A DNA stretch of 64,000 nucleotides from Candidatus Pacearchaeota archaeon (GTDB lineage: Archaea > Nanobdellota > Nanobdellia > Pacearchaeales > GW2011-AR1), in assembly GCA_018303825.1 (NCBI GenBank), contig JAGVXK010000020.1, forward strand, positions 8,569-72,568. Reading direction: 5' to 3'. Below the pieces are notes generated by a model, which saw only the letters and a list, made by a program, of their open reading frames with translations, ran no database searches and was not told the origin of the DNA. Shown here in pieces: positions 18,472-26,229 of the stretch; the first letter of the stretch is position 1, and the number at the start of each line of letters is the position of its first letter. A program made the translations under genes and the position numbers.

Positions 18472-18492
18472 TACTACTTTATTAGAGTTCGA

Positions 18493-18762
18493 ATGAGAAA
18501 AGGAGAAAATTATATTACTCAACTTGCTGAATATGTGAAGAAGAATTTAAGGAAGGGGTATACTAAAGAATCATTAAAATGGGCTTTGGTTAATCAGGGT
18601 CATTCTAAACTGGAAGTTGAGAAAGCAATGCAGAAAGCAGAAAGTGATCTAGCTGCAGAAGCGCCTGTGCTTAGAACAAAGCCGGAAATAAAAATTGAAA
18701 TAGTAGAACCGAAAGATGCTGTTCTCGAAAAGAAGCCCTGGTGGAAAAGAATATTTGGTTAA
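18493..18762 (+). CDS. Hypothetical protein
   Basis: ORF only. Confidence 0.45.
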   Translation: MRKGENYITQLAEYVKKNLRKGYTKESLKWALVNQGHSKLEVEKAMQKAESDLAAEAPVLRTKPEIKIEIVEPKDAVLEKKPWWKRIFG

Positions 18763-19079
18763 GGATATAACAACTTAAGCACTTTATTTATTGGTTGATT
18801 GTGGATATATTTTCCGTTCTTTAGTTCTTGAAAGTAATGCTTTCTTACTATCTCATTTTCGTGTATTCTTCCATTTAACCAATGTGCAAATGTGTTTGGA
18901 TCCTTCCAATCTTTTACCCAATCCCAGTTTATATAACAAAATGCTTTAACATAAGTCATATATATTACGGGCTTGTATTTTCCTACTGCCTTGCAATAAT
19001 TTGAGAAAGCCTCAGGGCTTTGTCCAGCACCATGAAGTACTCTATTTCCTTTTGGTTCAAACTTCTGTTTAAAATCCAT
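18759..19079 (-). CDS. Hypothetical protein
   Basis: ORF only. Confidence 0.4.
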   Translation of the reverse strand: MDFKQKFEPKGNRVLHGAGQSPEAFSNYCKAVGKYKPVIYMTYVKAFCYINWDWVKDWKDPNTFAHWLNGRIHENEIVRKHYFQELKNGKYIHNQPINKVLKLLYP

Positions 19080-19080
19080 T

Positions 19081-20550
19081 TTAATTTATTTCAATAACCT
19101 TTGATTCATTAAAGAAATGAATGGCTTCTTTGAGCTTCTTGCTTGACTCGGCATATAATGTTAATAATTTTTGCCCTTCTGTGATTTCTTCGTTTTTATG
19201 ATGGTGGATATAAATTCCTGCTTTTTTGTCTTCAGGGCAACCAAGCACCCTTGATATGTAATTTATCAATTTATTATCTATTAGAGTTATTTTTCCAGAT
19301 TTTTTTGCTTTGATTTCATAACTATGTTTTGCTAAACCTAAATCAGCTTTGATTTTTCCTTGCGCATCGATTATCTCTTTAAATTTGTCATATGCTACTC
19401 CTGTTTCCAGAATGCTTCTTGCAATAAATTCACCTTTCCCTGGCTTTGATTTTCCCATCATTTCTAATATTTTTGCGGCAAGAAATATTGATTTGTTTTC
19501 AAGATCTTTGGGAGAATTATTTTGTTGTAAGACGCGAAGAACGTCTTTTATTTCTAAAACCGGACCAATACCATTGCCTATTGGTTGATCGGCAGGGGTT
19601 AAAACAACATGCATATGCAATTTAAAATTTTTTGCTATTTTAAGAAATTTTAACTTTAATTTTCTTGCTTTTTCTTTCGAGACCTTTGCTTGAGGACCAT
19701 AAGGGATATCAATTAAAATATATTTGCTCCCTGCGGCAAGTTTTTTTGAGATAATTGATGCAAGAAGCTGCGGTTCAGGATCGAGATTGAGAAGTCTTTC
19801 AACGCGAATGAGTTTATCATCTGCTGGAGCCAACCCTAAAGAACCCCCCCATGTAAGACAGGCATTTGTCTTCTTAACAACTCTCTTCAAATCATTTAAA
19901 GAGAGATCAACTTTAGCTAAAACTTCCATAGCATCTGCCGTTCCGGCTGCGCTGGTTATTGCTCTTGATGATGTTTTTGGCATGGTAATCCCTGCTGCCG
20001 CACAGATGGAAACAACTATAGGGGTAGTTCTGTTTCCTGCTATGCCCCCTATTGAATGTTTGTCTGCTATTTCTTTTTTATCCCAGAAAAGTTTTGAGCC
20101 AGTTTTATAGATAGCTTCTGTTAGAAAACAGATTTCTTTGAAAGACATTCCTTTCTCATAAACTCCGGCAACGAAATAGGCAATCTCTGCTTCAGTAAGA
20201 GAATTATCAACTATATCTCCAACTACAGCGAATATCTCTTCTCTTGAGAGAGATTTTCCATTTAGTTTTTTTATAATGTATGTTGTACTTTCCGGGCTCA
20301 GGGCCAAGTTTATATGAACTTCTTTTTTAGAATTGAATTTAGCATACTCAAATACTTCCTGGGAGAGAACCACTTCCTTTTCACTAACAAGACTCTTAAC
20401 AATATCAAAGATTGCAATTGCCCTCAAATTCTTCTGGGTTATTGCAATTCTGTCTCCTATGTGGATGTTTAGCTTCTGGGCTGTTTTTTCATGGAGAAAA
20501 ACTATCGGCCTACCCGCTTCTAATTTTAATTTTTTTATTTTTAGCCTCAT
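19081..20550 (-). CDS. deoA: AMP phosphorylase (archaeal thymidine-phosphorylase family, DeoA-like)
   Basis: ~490 aa with the archaea-specific N-terminal domain (MRLKIKKLKLEAGRPIVFLHEKTA...), then a glycosyltransferase family 3 core (HSIGGIAGNRTTP, TSSRAITSAAGTAD). Confidence 0.8.
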   Translation of the reverse strand: MRLKIKKLKLEAGRPIVFLHEKTAQKLNIHIGDRIAITQKNLRAIAIFDIVKSLVSEKEVVLSQEVFEYAKFNSKKEVHINLALSPESTTYIIKKLNGKSLSREEIFAVVGDIVDNSLTEAEIAYFVAGVYEKGMSFKEICFLTEAIYKTGSKLFWDKKEIADKHSIGGIAGNRTTPIVVSICAAAGITMPKTSSRAITSAAGTADAMEVLAKVDLSLNDLKRVVKKTNACLTWGGSLGLAPADDKLIRVERLLNLDPEPQLLASIISKKLAAGSKYILIDIPYGPQAKVSKEKARKLKLKFLKIAKNFKLHMHVVLTPADQPIGNGIGPVLEIKDVLRVLQQNNSPKDLENKSIFLAAKILEMMGKSKPGKGEFIARSILETGVAYDKFKEIIDAQGKIKADLGLAKHSYEIKAKKSGKITLIDNKLINYISRVLGCPEDKKAGIYIHHHKNEEITEGQKLLTLYAESSKKLKEAIHFFNESKVIEIN

Positions 20551-20559
20551 TTTTACTGG

Positions 20560-21627
20560 TTATTTCTTATCTGCAGTTGGTTGGATTTGTGGAGATTCTT
20601 CATCCAGGAACAAGCTGCTTAGCTCTTTTTCCTTGTATAATTGCAAAATAATTAAAAAGTATGCAAGTATTAATGGACCAAGAAGTAGTCCCATAAGGCC
20701 AAACATGAACATTCCGCCCATCATTCCTACAAAGACAACTACTGAACTAATCTTTGTCTTCCTTGCAACAATATACGTTCTTAAGAAATTATCCAAAGTA
20801 GAAACTATCGCAAAGTTATACAGCAGATAAGCTATGCCAAGTCCAGTATTTCCATTAAGAAACATAAAGAATGCGACTGGAAGATAAACTACAAACGGCC
20901 CAAGAATTGGGATTATGGACATGAAAATTGCCAAGAGCGTAAGAACTAAAGCATTTTGGACCCCAAAAATTAGGAATCCCAGGCCTGCAAGAAGACCCTG
21001 TACTATTCCTACGATTATCTGGCCGTAGACTAGCGAATCTGTGATATCCTTAAATTGCTGGACCAGAAGCTTTTCTTTCGATTTGTTTAATGGAGATAAC
21101 TCCCTCATCAGTTCCAAAAGTTTATTTGAATCCCTCAACCCGAAGAAAAAGACGAAACCAACAATAAACAAATGCAGAAGAATATTTGGCAGTTCAATAA
21201 GAGTATTTACCAAAGTATTGAGCGCAACCGCAGACGCCTTTCCAAATATAGTATTTACAGTTGTCGTTGCTTGAACTATGAATGCATCAGATGCTGTTGG
21301 AAACAATCCTTTGATAAATCCATCGATATTTAATGTCTGGGAAAGTTTGAACAGGCCGAAAAATTGGTTAACCAATATTGGAATGACAAACCACAACAAG
21401 GAAACTATAACAATAATCAGCAACATCAGCACTACCCAAGCTGTTGCGTTCCTGCTTTTGAATACCCTTAACAGCCTTTTATAAACAGGCAGAAGAAGGT
21501 AAGCAAGAATAAGGCCGCTGAAAACAGAGACAAACACCGGCTTTAACAAGAAAAATACCAGAATGCCGACGATTATTATGACTGCGATAGTCAAAAATCT
21601 GCTTACTTCTTTCTTCTCAAATACCAT
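20560..21627 (-). CDS. AI-2E family (PerM/UPF0118) membrane transporter
   Basis: Multi-TM protein with ...MSIIPILGPFVVYLP... signature region; track start is TTG, ATG at 21627. Confidence 0.7.
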   Translation of the reverse strand: MVFEKKEVSRFLTIAVIIIVGILVFFLLKPVFVSVFSGLILAYLLLPVYKRLLRVFKSRNATAWVVLMLLIIVIVSLLWFVIPILVNQFFGLFKLSQTLNIDGFIKGLFPTASDAFIVQATTTVNTIFGKASAVALNTLVNTLIELPNILLHLFIVGFVFFFGLRDSNKLLELMRELSPLNKSKEKLLVQQFKDITDSLVYGQIIVGIVQGLLAGLGFLIFGVQNALVLTLLAIFMSIIPILGPFVVYLPVAFFMFLNGNTGLGIAYLLYNFAIVSTLDNFLRTYIVARKTKISSVVVFVGMMGGMFMFGLMGLLLGPLILAYFLIILQLYKEKELSSLFLDEESPQIQPTADKK

Positions 21628-21796
21628 CAAAGTTAAATGAAATTTAACTATATAAACTTTAACTTCGAATTTGATTGAAGTTAACCCTGATTAGCCTTAG
21701 CGCCTGTTGGCAGGGTTTATAATAAGATTTGGGAAATCTTAAGAAAGCAAGGTTGCTAACGCAAATGTTTATAAATAAAAATTTGATGTAACTTCT

Positions 21797-22453
21797 ATGG
21801 AAAGCTTTATAAAAAAAATATTAACTGGAAAAGGGGATGAAGATTCTCATAAGTATTTAATTAGGTTTGGAAAGGGAGCTTATAATAGAAGATTTTTGAT
21901 AAGTTATGCAAAATCAGCCGATAAAATAAAGATAAAAACAAGCTTTGAATTCGCAAATGATCTTGTCAAATTTATTAGAGAGAATAAAGATGTCAAGTTT
22001 TCGGGAAAAGTGCTTTCAAAACAGCAAGTTTCTGGGATGTCTGGAAGAAAAAAAGCAGGAGTATACTTATATGAAATGACAGATTCAGATTTAAGGGGTT
22101 TTGACAATCCATATTATTTCCTGCTTGATGCTAATGACTCTGACATTGTTTTAAAAATGAAGAAATCATTGCCCAAACCAGGAAAAAATTCTGAAAAAAT
22201 AGATGATGGTTTCTGCTCTTTAATAATATCAAATAAATATTGGCAGAAAGTGAAAGAAACTTTTTTTTGGGATGTTCCAGATGGAAAGAAAGCAGAAATT
22301 GAACATAAGCTGGATATCAAAGAAATTATCCTTCCAAAAAATGAGAAAGACTCTGTTAAAATAAGAGAAAACTCACTAAGAAAGGGGGCGATAACGAGAA
22401 AGATTAATGTTGATGGCAAAGAGGAAAGCAAGAATATTAATTTTGAAGCCTAA
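21797..22453 (+). CDS. Hypothetical protein
   Basis: 218-aa ORF preceded by GTTTATAAATA about 25 nt upstream. Confidence 0.55.
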   Translation: MESFIKKILTGKGDEDSHKYLIRFGKGAYNRRFLISYAKSADKIKIKTSFEFANDLVKFIRENKDVKFSGKVLSKQQVSGMSGRKKAGVYLYEMTDSDLRGFDNPYYFLLDANDSDIVLKMKKSLPKPGKNSEKIDDGFCSLIISNKYWQKVKETFFWDVPDGKKAEIEHKLDIKEIILPKNEKDSVKIRENSLRKGAITRKINVDGKEESKNINFEA

Positions 22454-22604
22454 ATATTAATTACATTTAAATAGGGCGGAAATTATTTTTATATAATAAT
22501 TAATATCGGAATATGAAGTAGTAATCCCTCTTGGTCCAAGGAGATATGCTATTTCTAACATACCAAGATAATAGGTTCAGATTGAGAAAAAACAAGATAA
22601 CAAA

Positions 22605-23936
22605 ATGGAAAAGTTTAGAAAATTGAAAATAAGTGGGAAAATTTTGAAAGCCATAGAAAGTTCAGGATATAAAGAACCTACAGAAATACAAGAAAAGACA
22701 ATACCTTCCATAATTGAGGGAAAAGATGTAATTGGCAGCTCTGCAACAGGTTCTGGAAAGACATTTGCATTTGGCTCTGGAATAATTGATAAAATAATAG
22801 TTGGAATGGGAGTACAAGCCTTAATTTTGACGCCAACAAGAGAACTTGCCAATCAAATATCGAAGCATTTGAAAATTTTTGCCCAGCATTATGATATAAA
22901 CATAACAGAAGTTTATGGAGGGGTCGGAATGGAGCCGCAAGTAAGAGCAATTTCTCATTCTGAAATTGTTGTTGGAACTCCTGGAAGAATATTAGATCAT
23001 ATTGGAAGAAGAAGTCTTAATCTTGGCAAAGTAAGATTTCTCATTCTTGATGAAGCGGACAGAATGCTTGAAATGGGATTCATTGAAGATGTTGAAAAAA
23101 TTATTAATGAATGTCCAAAGGAAAGACAGACATTGTTGTTCTCCGCAACAATACCCTTAGATGTTCAAAAGATAGCTAGAAAATATATGAAAAATCCTAT
23201 TAATATAGAAGTTGACGCATATGTTGACCCTTCAAAACTCTATCAGATTTATTATGATCTTGGGAGCAGTTCAAAATTCTCTCTTCTTGTTCATCTGTTG
23301 AAAAAAGAAAAATCTGGATTAGTCATGGTTTTCTGCAATACCAGAAGGAACACAGATGTTGTAGCAAAAAATCTTATAAGATATGGAATAAATGCCTTGG
23401 CAATACATGGAGGATTATCTCAGAATCAAAGAGACAATGTAATGAAGGCATTCCATTCACAAAGAGCACTTATTCTTGTATGCACTGATGTCGCAGCAAG
23501 AGGATTAGACATAAAGGGAGTATCGCACATTTACAATTATGACACTCCAAAAAACAGCACAGATTACATTCATAGGATAGGAAGAACGGCAAGAGCAGGC
23601 AAGAAAGGGATTGCGGTAAGTCTTGTTGCCCAAAGAGATTACGATAATTTTAGAGAGGTATGCAAAAATCCTGATTTGAATATAGAGAAAGTTGAAGTTC
23701 CTAAGGATGTAGAGATTCTCGAAGTTAGTTTTGTTGGAAGAAGTTCATTCAGAGGTGGAGGTTTTAGAGACGGCGGAATGAGAAGGGGTGGATTCAGGGG
23801 AAGACAGGGAGGACAAGGAGGAGGGTTTGGAGGAAGAAGAGATGATAGAAGAAGTTTTAGAGGCGGAGACAGGGAAGGACAGAGAAGTGGAAGAAGTTAT
23901 GGTCAGTCAAGCAGAGGAAGTTTCGGAAGAAGATAA
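22605..23936 (+). CDS. DEAD-box ATP-dependent RNA helicase with RGG-rich C-terminal tail
   Basis: Motif I GSGKT, DEAD, SAT, HRIGRTARAG; tail GGFRDGGMRRGGFRGRQGGQGGGFGGRR. Confidence 0.92.
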   Translation: MEKFRKLKISGKILKAIESSGYKEPTEIQEKTIPSIIEGKDVIGSSATGSGKTFAFGSGIIDKIIVGMGVQALILTPTRELANQISKHLKIFAQHYDINITEVYGGVGMEPQVRAISHSEIVVGTPGRILDHIGRRSLNLGKVRFLILDEADRMLEMGFIEDVEKIINECPKERQTLLFSATIPLDVQKIARKYMKNPINIEVDAYVDPSKLYQIYYDLGSSSKFSLLVHLLKKEKSGLVMVFCNTRRNTDVVAKNLIRYGINALAIHGGLSQNQRDNVMKAFHSQRALILVCTDVAARGLDIKGVSHIYNYDTPKNSTDYIHRIGRTARAGKKGIAVSLVAQRDYDNFREVCKNPDLNIEKVEVPKDVEILEVSFVGRSSFRGGGFRDGGMRRGGFRGRQGGQGGGFGGRRDDRRSFRGGDREGQRSGRSYGQSSRGSFGRR

Positions 23937-23942
23937 ATTTAC

Positions 23943-24347
23943 TTAATTTCTTAGAGACACGTTCTTTAACCCTCTAAAATCATTGTCTAGTGTTATTAAT
24001 TCTGCATCATTCTCTAAACTTGAGGCATATATTAATGAATCCATCGCAGGAAGATTATTCTCTATTGCTAAATCTGCAGCTCTTTCTGCTATTCTATCCT
24101 CAACATTGATTATGAGACTTCTCTTTTTAATAAAGTCAATTATCTTTTCTATATCTTTTCTGAGCACCTTATCTTTAATCAATCTTTTTTTTACCTCAAA
24201 TAAAGACAAAGCAGAAGTAAGTAAATTTTTGTCTGAATTTATTATATCTGCATTCTCATTGTTAATGTTAATTGCAAAGTTAATCCATATTGAAGAATCT
24301 ATAAAATTAAAATCTGTCACCTTCCCTCCTCTCTTTTTGCAGCTCAT
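23943..24347 (-). CDS. vapC: PIN-domain toxin (VapC-like)
   Basis: FIDSSIW... N-terminal acidic motif and ...LITLDNDF near the C-terminus; overlaps the upstream small antitoxin-like ORF. Confidence 0.65.
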   Translation of the reverse strand: MSCKKRGGKVTDFNFIDSSIWINFAININNENADIINSDKNLLTSALSLFEVKKRLIKDKVLRKDIEKIIDFIKKRSLIINVEDRIAERAADLAIENNLPAMDSLIYASSLENDAELITLDNDFRGLKNVSLRN

Positions 24348-24531
24348 TTAAAACATCTTTTAATTTCTTACGTTTATAGTACTTTGCTAAAGAACCGCCT
24401 ATCTGGCTTTTATTTGCTCTTTGCATAACTAATCTTTTTATAGCCTCCTCGTACGAAGCTACTGCATATTCTGCTTTAAGCCTCTTTAATAAAAGCAGGG
24501 TTTTTTCGTCTACTTGTATTGTTGTAACCAT
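24307..24531 (-). CDS. Putative antitoxin (VapB-like) paired with the PIN protein
   Basis: 74-aa ORF immediately upstream of and overlapping the PIN gene. Confidence 0.5.
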   Translation of the reverse strand: MVTTIQVDEKTLLLLKRLKAEYAVASYEEAIKRLVMQRANKSQIGGSLAKYYKRKKLKDVLNELQKERREGDRF

Positions 24532-24574
24532 ATATTATATAACTATATTCTATATATAAATTTTTCTGTTTTGA

Positions 24575-25135
24575 TTAATATTCTAAGCCCTTTCTCGCAA
24601 TTATCCCAGAATCATATGGATGTTTAATCTTTTTTATTTCGGTGACTAAATCAGCTAATTGAAAGATATTCAGCAAGGGGATATGACTTCCTGTTAGAAT
24701 TAGTTCTTTATTTTTCGGCTTATTTTTTATTAAATCTATAACTTTTTCTTCCTCTAAAAGTCCCAACTGGACTGCATAAAGAATTTCATCTGCAATTATT
24801 ATATCATAATTGTTATTGTTTACTGAATTTAACAGGTAATCATAAGTTTCTTTTACATTTAATTTATGTGCTTCATCATTCTTTCCTCTTTTATACCAAT
24901 CTCCTAAGCCAAACCTCTTATAAGTAAATGTTGGGAACTTGCTGAGGGCTTTTATTTCTCCAGGAATCTGATCTTCTTTTAAAGAAGAAGCTCCATTTTT
25001 CATGAATTGAACTAAATGCACCGAATAGCCGTTTCCGGAAGCTCGAAGAGCAGTGCCAAGCGCGGAGGTAGTTTTGCCTTTTCCATTACCATAAAATATC
25101 TGAACAAGGCCTAATTTTGACTTGTCCAATTCCAT
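24575..25135 (-). CDS. cobO: Cob(I)yrinic acid a,c-diamide / cob(I)alamin adenosyltransferase (CobA/BtuR family)
   Basis: P-loop GNGKGKTTSALG, VHLVQFMK, DEILYAV, ELILTG pattern. Confidence 0.75.
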   Translation of the reverse strand: MELDKSKLGLVQIFYGNGKGKTTSALGTALRASGNGYSVHLVQFMKNGASSLKEDQIPGEIKALSKFPTFTYKRFGLGDWYKRGKNDEAHKLNVKETYDYLLNSVNNNNYDIIIADEILYAVQLGLLEEEKVIDLIKNKPKNKELILTGSHIPLLNIFQLADLVTEIKKIKHPYDSGIIARKGLEY

Positions 25136-25173
25136 TAACTTAATAGTTTCTTTGAGCTAATAAGCTTTATGCC

Positions 25174-25237
25174 ATACGTATTATTACGTATAAATACTTA
25201 AGAATACATTTAAATACTAATTATTACGTATTGTACT
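25174..25237. promoter_or_regulatory. Repeated TTATTACGTAT / TAAATACT boxes upstream of the RHH gene (candidate operator/promoter)
   Basis: TTATTACGTAT at 25181-25191 and 25221-25231; TAAATACT at 25191-25198 and 25210-25217; TACGTA palindromes. Confidence 0.35.
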
Positions 25238-25306
25238 TATAGGAAAATGTTGTAATGAAAAAAGAGAATAGGCTTTAGAAAAGCTTAGGAAAGTTGAGGT
25301 TCATAA

Positions 25307-25471
25307 ATGAAAAGAGAAAAAGACAAGCTGACAATCCTCATAAACAAGGAAGTCAAGGACAAATATAAGGAATTCTGCGAAAAAAAAGGCCTGAAAATAG
25401 GAAAACAAGTTGAGATATTCATGCAAACTGAACTAGAAGCTGAAAATAAAAGGGGGAAAAATGCAAAATAA
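25307..25471 (+). CDS. Small ribbon-helix-helix (CopG/Arc-like) protein, 54 aa (below the ORF-track cut-off)
   Basis: MKREKDKLTILINKEVKDKYKEFCEKKGLKIGKQVEIFMQTELEAENKRGKNAK: beta-strand then two helices; overlaps the next gene by 11 nt. Confidence 0.5.
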   Translation: MKREKDKLTILINKEVKDKYKEFCEKKGLKIGKQVEIFMQTELEAENKRGKNAK

Positions 25472-26216
25472 AAAGGGGCAGATGATAATATGGGTAATAG
25501 TTGCCATTGCAATAGTTGTAACAATTGTTATCCTTTTCTTTTTTAAGATAAAGCCAAGCTTCCTGCCGCAGCAAATATCATCTCCGGAAGCGTTCATACA
25601 AAAATGCGCTGGATATAACGTCCTTGAAGCAGTGGATAAAATGATGCCACAGGGTGGTTTTGTCAATCCGGAAAACTACAAGGTTTATCAAAATACCAAG
25701 ATAGAGTATCTGTGCCAGAATCTTGGAAATTATCTTTCCTGCATAAATCAGCACCCTGCTCTATTGAATGAAGAAAAAGAAGAAATAAAGAATTACATAT
25801 CGCCTAAAATTGAAAAATGTTTCAATGATTTAAGGGACGAACTTGGAAAAAAGGGAGAAAATATAGTATATGGTAAAATGAATCTTGATGTTTTCCTCGC
25901 TCCAAGAAGAATAATTGTTGAAATTGAAAGAGAAACAACAATATCAAAAAGTGGAGAAATAAATAGATTTAATAATTATAAAACTGAAATTGAATCCCCG
26001 TTATATGAATTGGCTAATGTGGCGAATGAGATTGCAAGCAATGAAGCAAAATATTGCTATTTTGAATATGTGGGATATATGATTCTTTATCCCGAATTTG
26101 ACATAAGAAAGTTTACAATGAGCGATTCGACAAAGATATATACTATTGAGGATAAAGAATCCGGAAAGAAGTTCAATACCGCCATAAGGGGGTGTGCAAT
26201 TCCTGCTGGAATCTAG
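25461..26216 (+). CDS. Pilin-like protein with class III-type signal (KKGQ + hydrophobic helix); paralog of 30295-31128
   Basis: MQNKKGQMIIWVIVAIAIVVTIVILFF; shares QGG(F/Y)xNPE, YLCxN...C and C-terminal CAIPAG/PPGYG-type end with 30295-31128. Confidence 0.65.
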   Translation: MQNKKGQMIIWVIVAIAIVVTIVILFFFKIKPSFLPQQISSPEAFIQKCAGYNVLEAVDKMMPQGGFVNPENYKVYQNTKIEYLCQNLGNYLSCINQHPALLNEEKEEIKNYISPKIEKCFNDLRDELGKKGENIVYGKMNLDVFLAPRRIIVEIERETTISKSGEINRFNNYKTEIESPLYELANVANEIASNEAKYCYFEYVGYMILYPEFDIRKFTMSDSTKIYTIEDKESGKKFNTAIRGCAIPAGI

Positions 26217-26229
26217 GCAAAGAAAAATT

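Noticed and set aside
21680-21725. GC-rich hairpin AACCCTG-N22-CAGGGTT in the intergenic region upstream of 21797, considered as a small ncRNA (e.g. C/D box sRNA)
   Set aside because: No C/D (RUGAUGA/CUGA) or H/ACA box arrangement could be found. A single stem is insufficient to call an RNA gene.
25285-25666. Minus-strand ORFs 25285-25524 and 25433-25666 at the head of the surface-protein cluster
   Set aside because: They are antisense to the RHH ORF and the pilin-like gene, hydrophobic and low-complexity, and inconsistent with the tightly coupled plus-strand operon.
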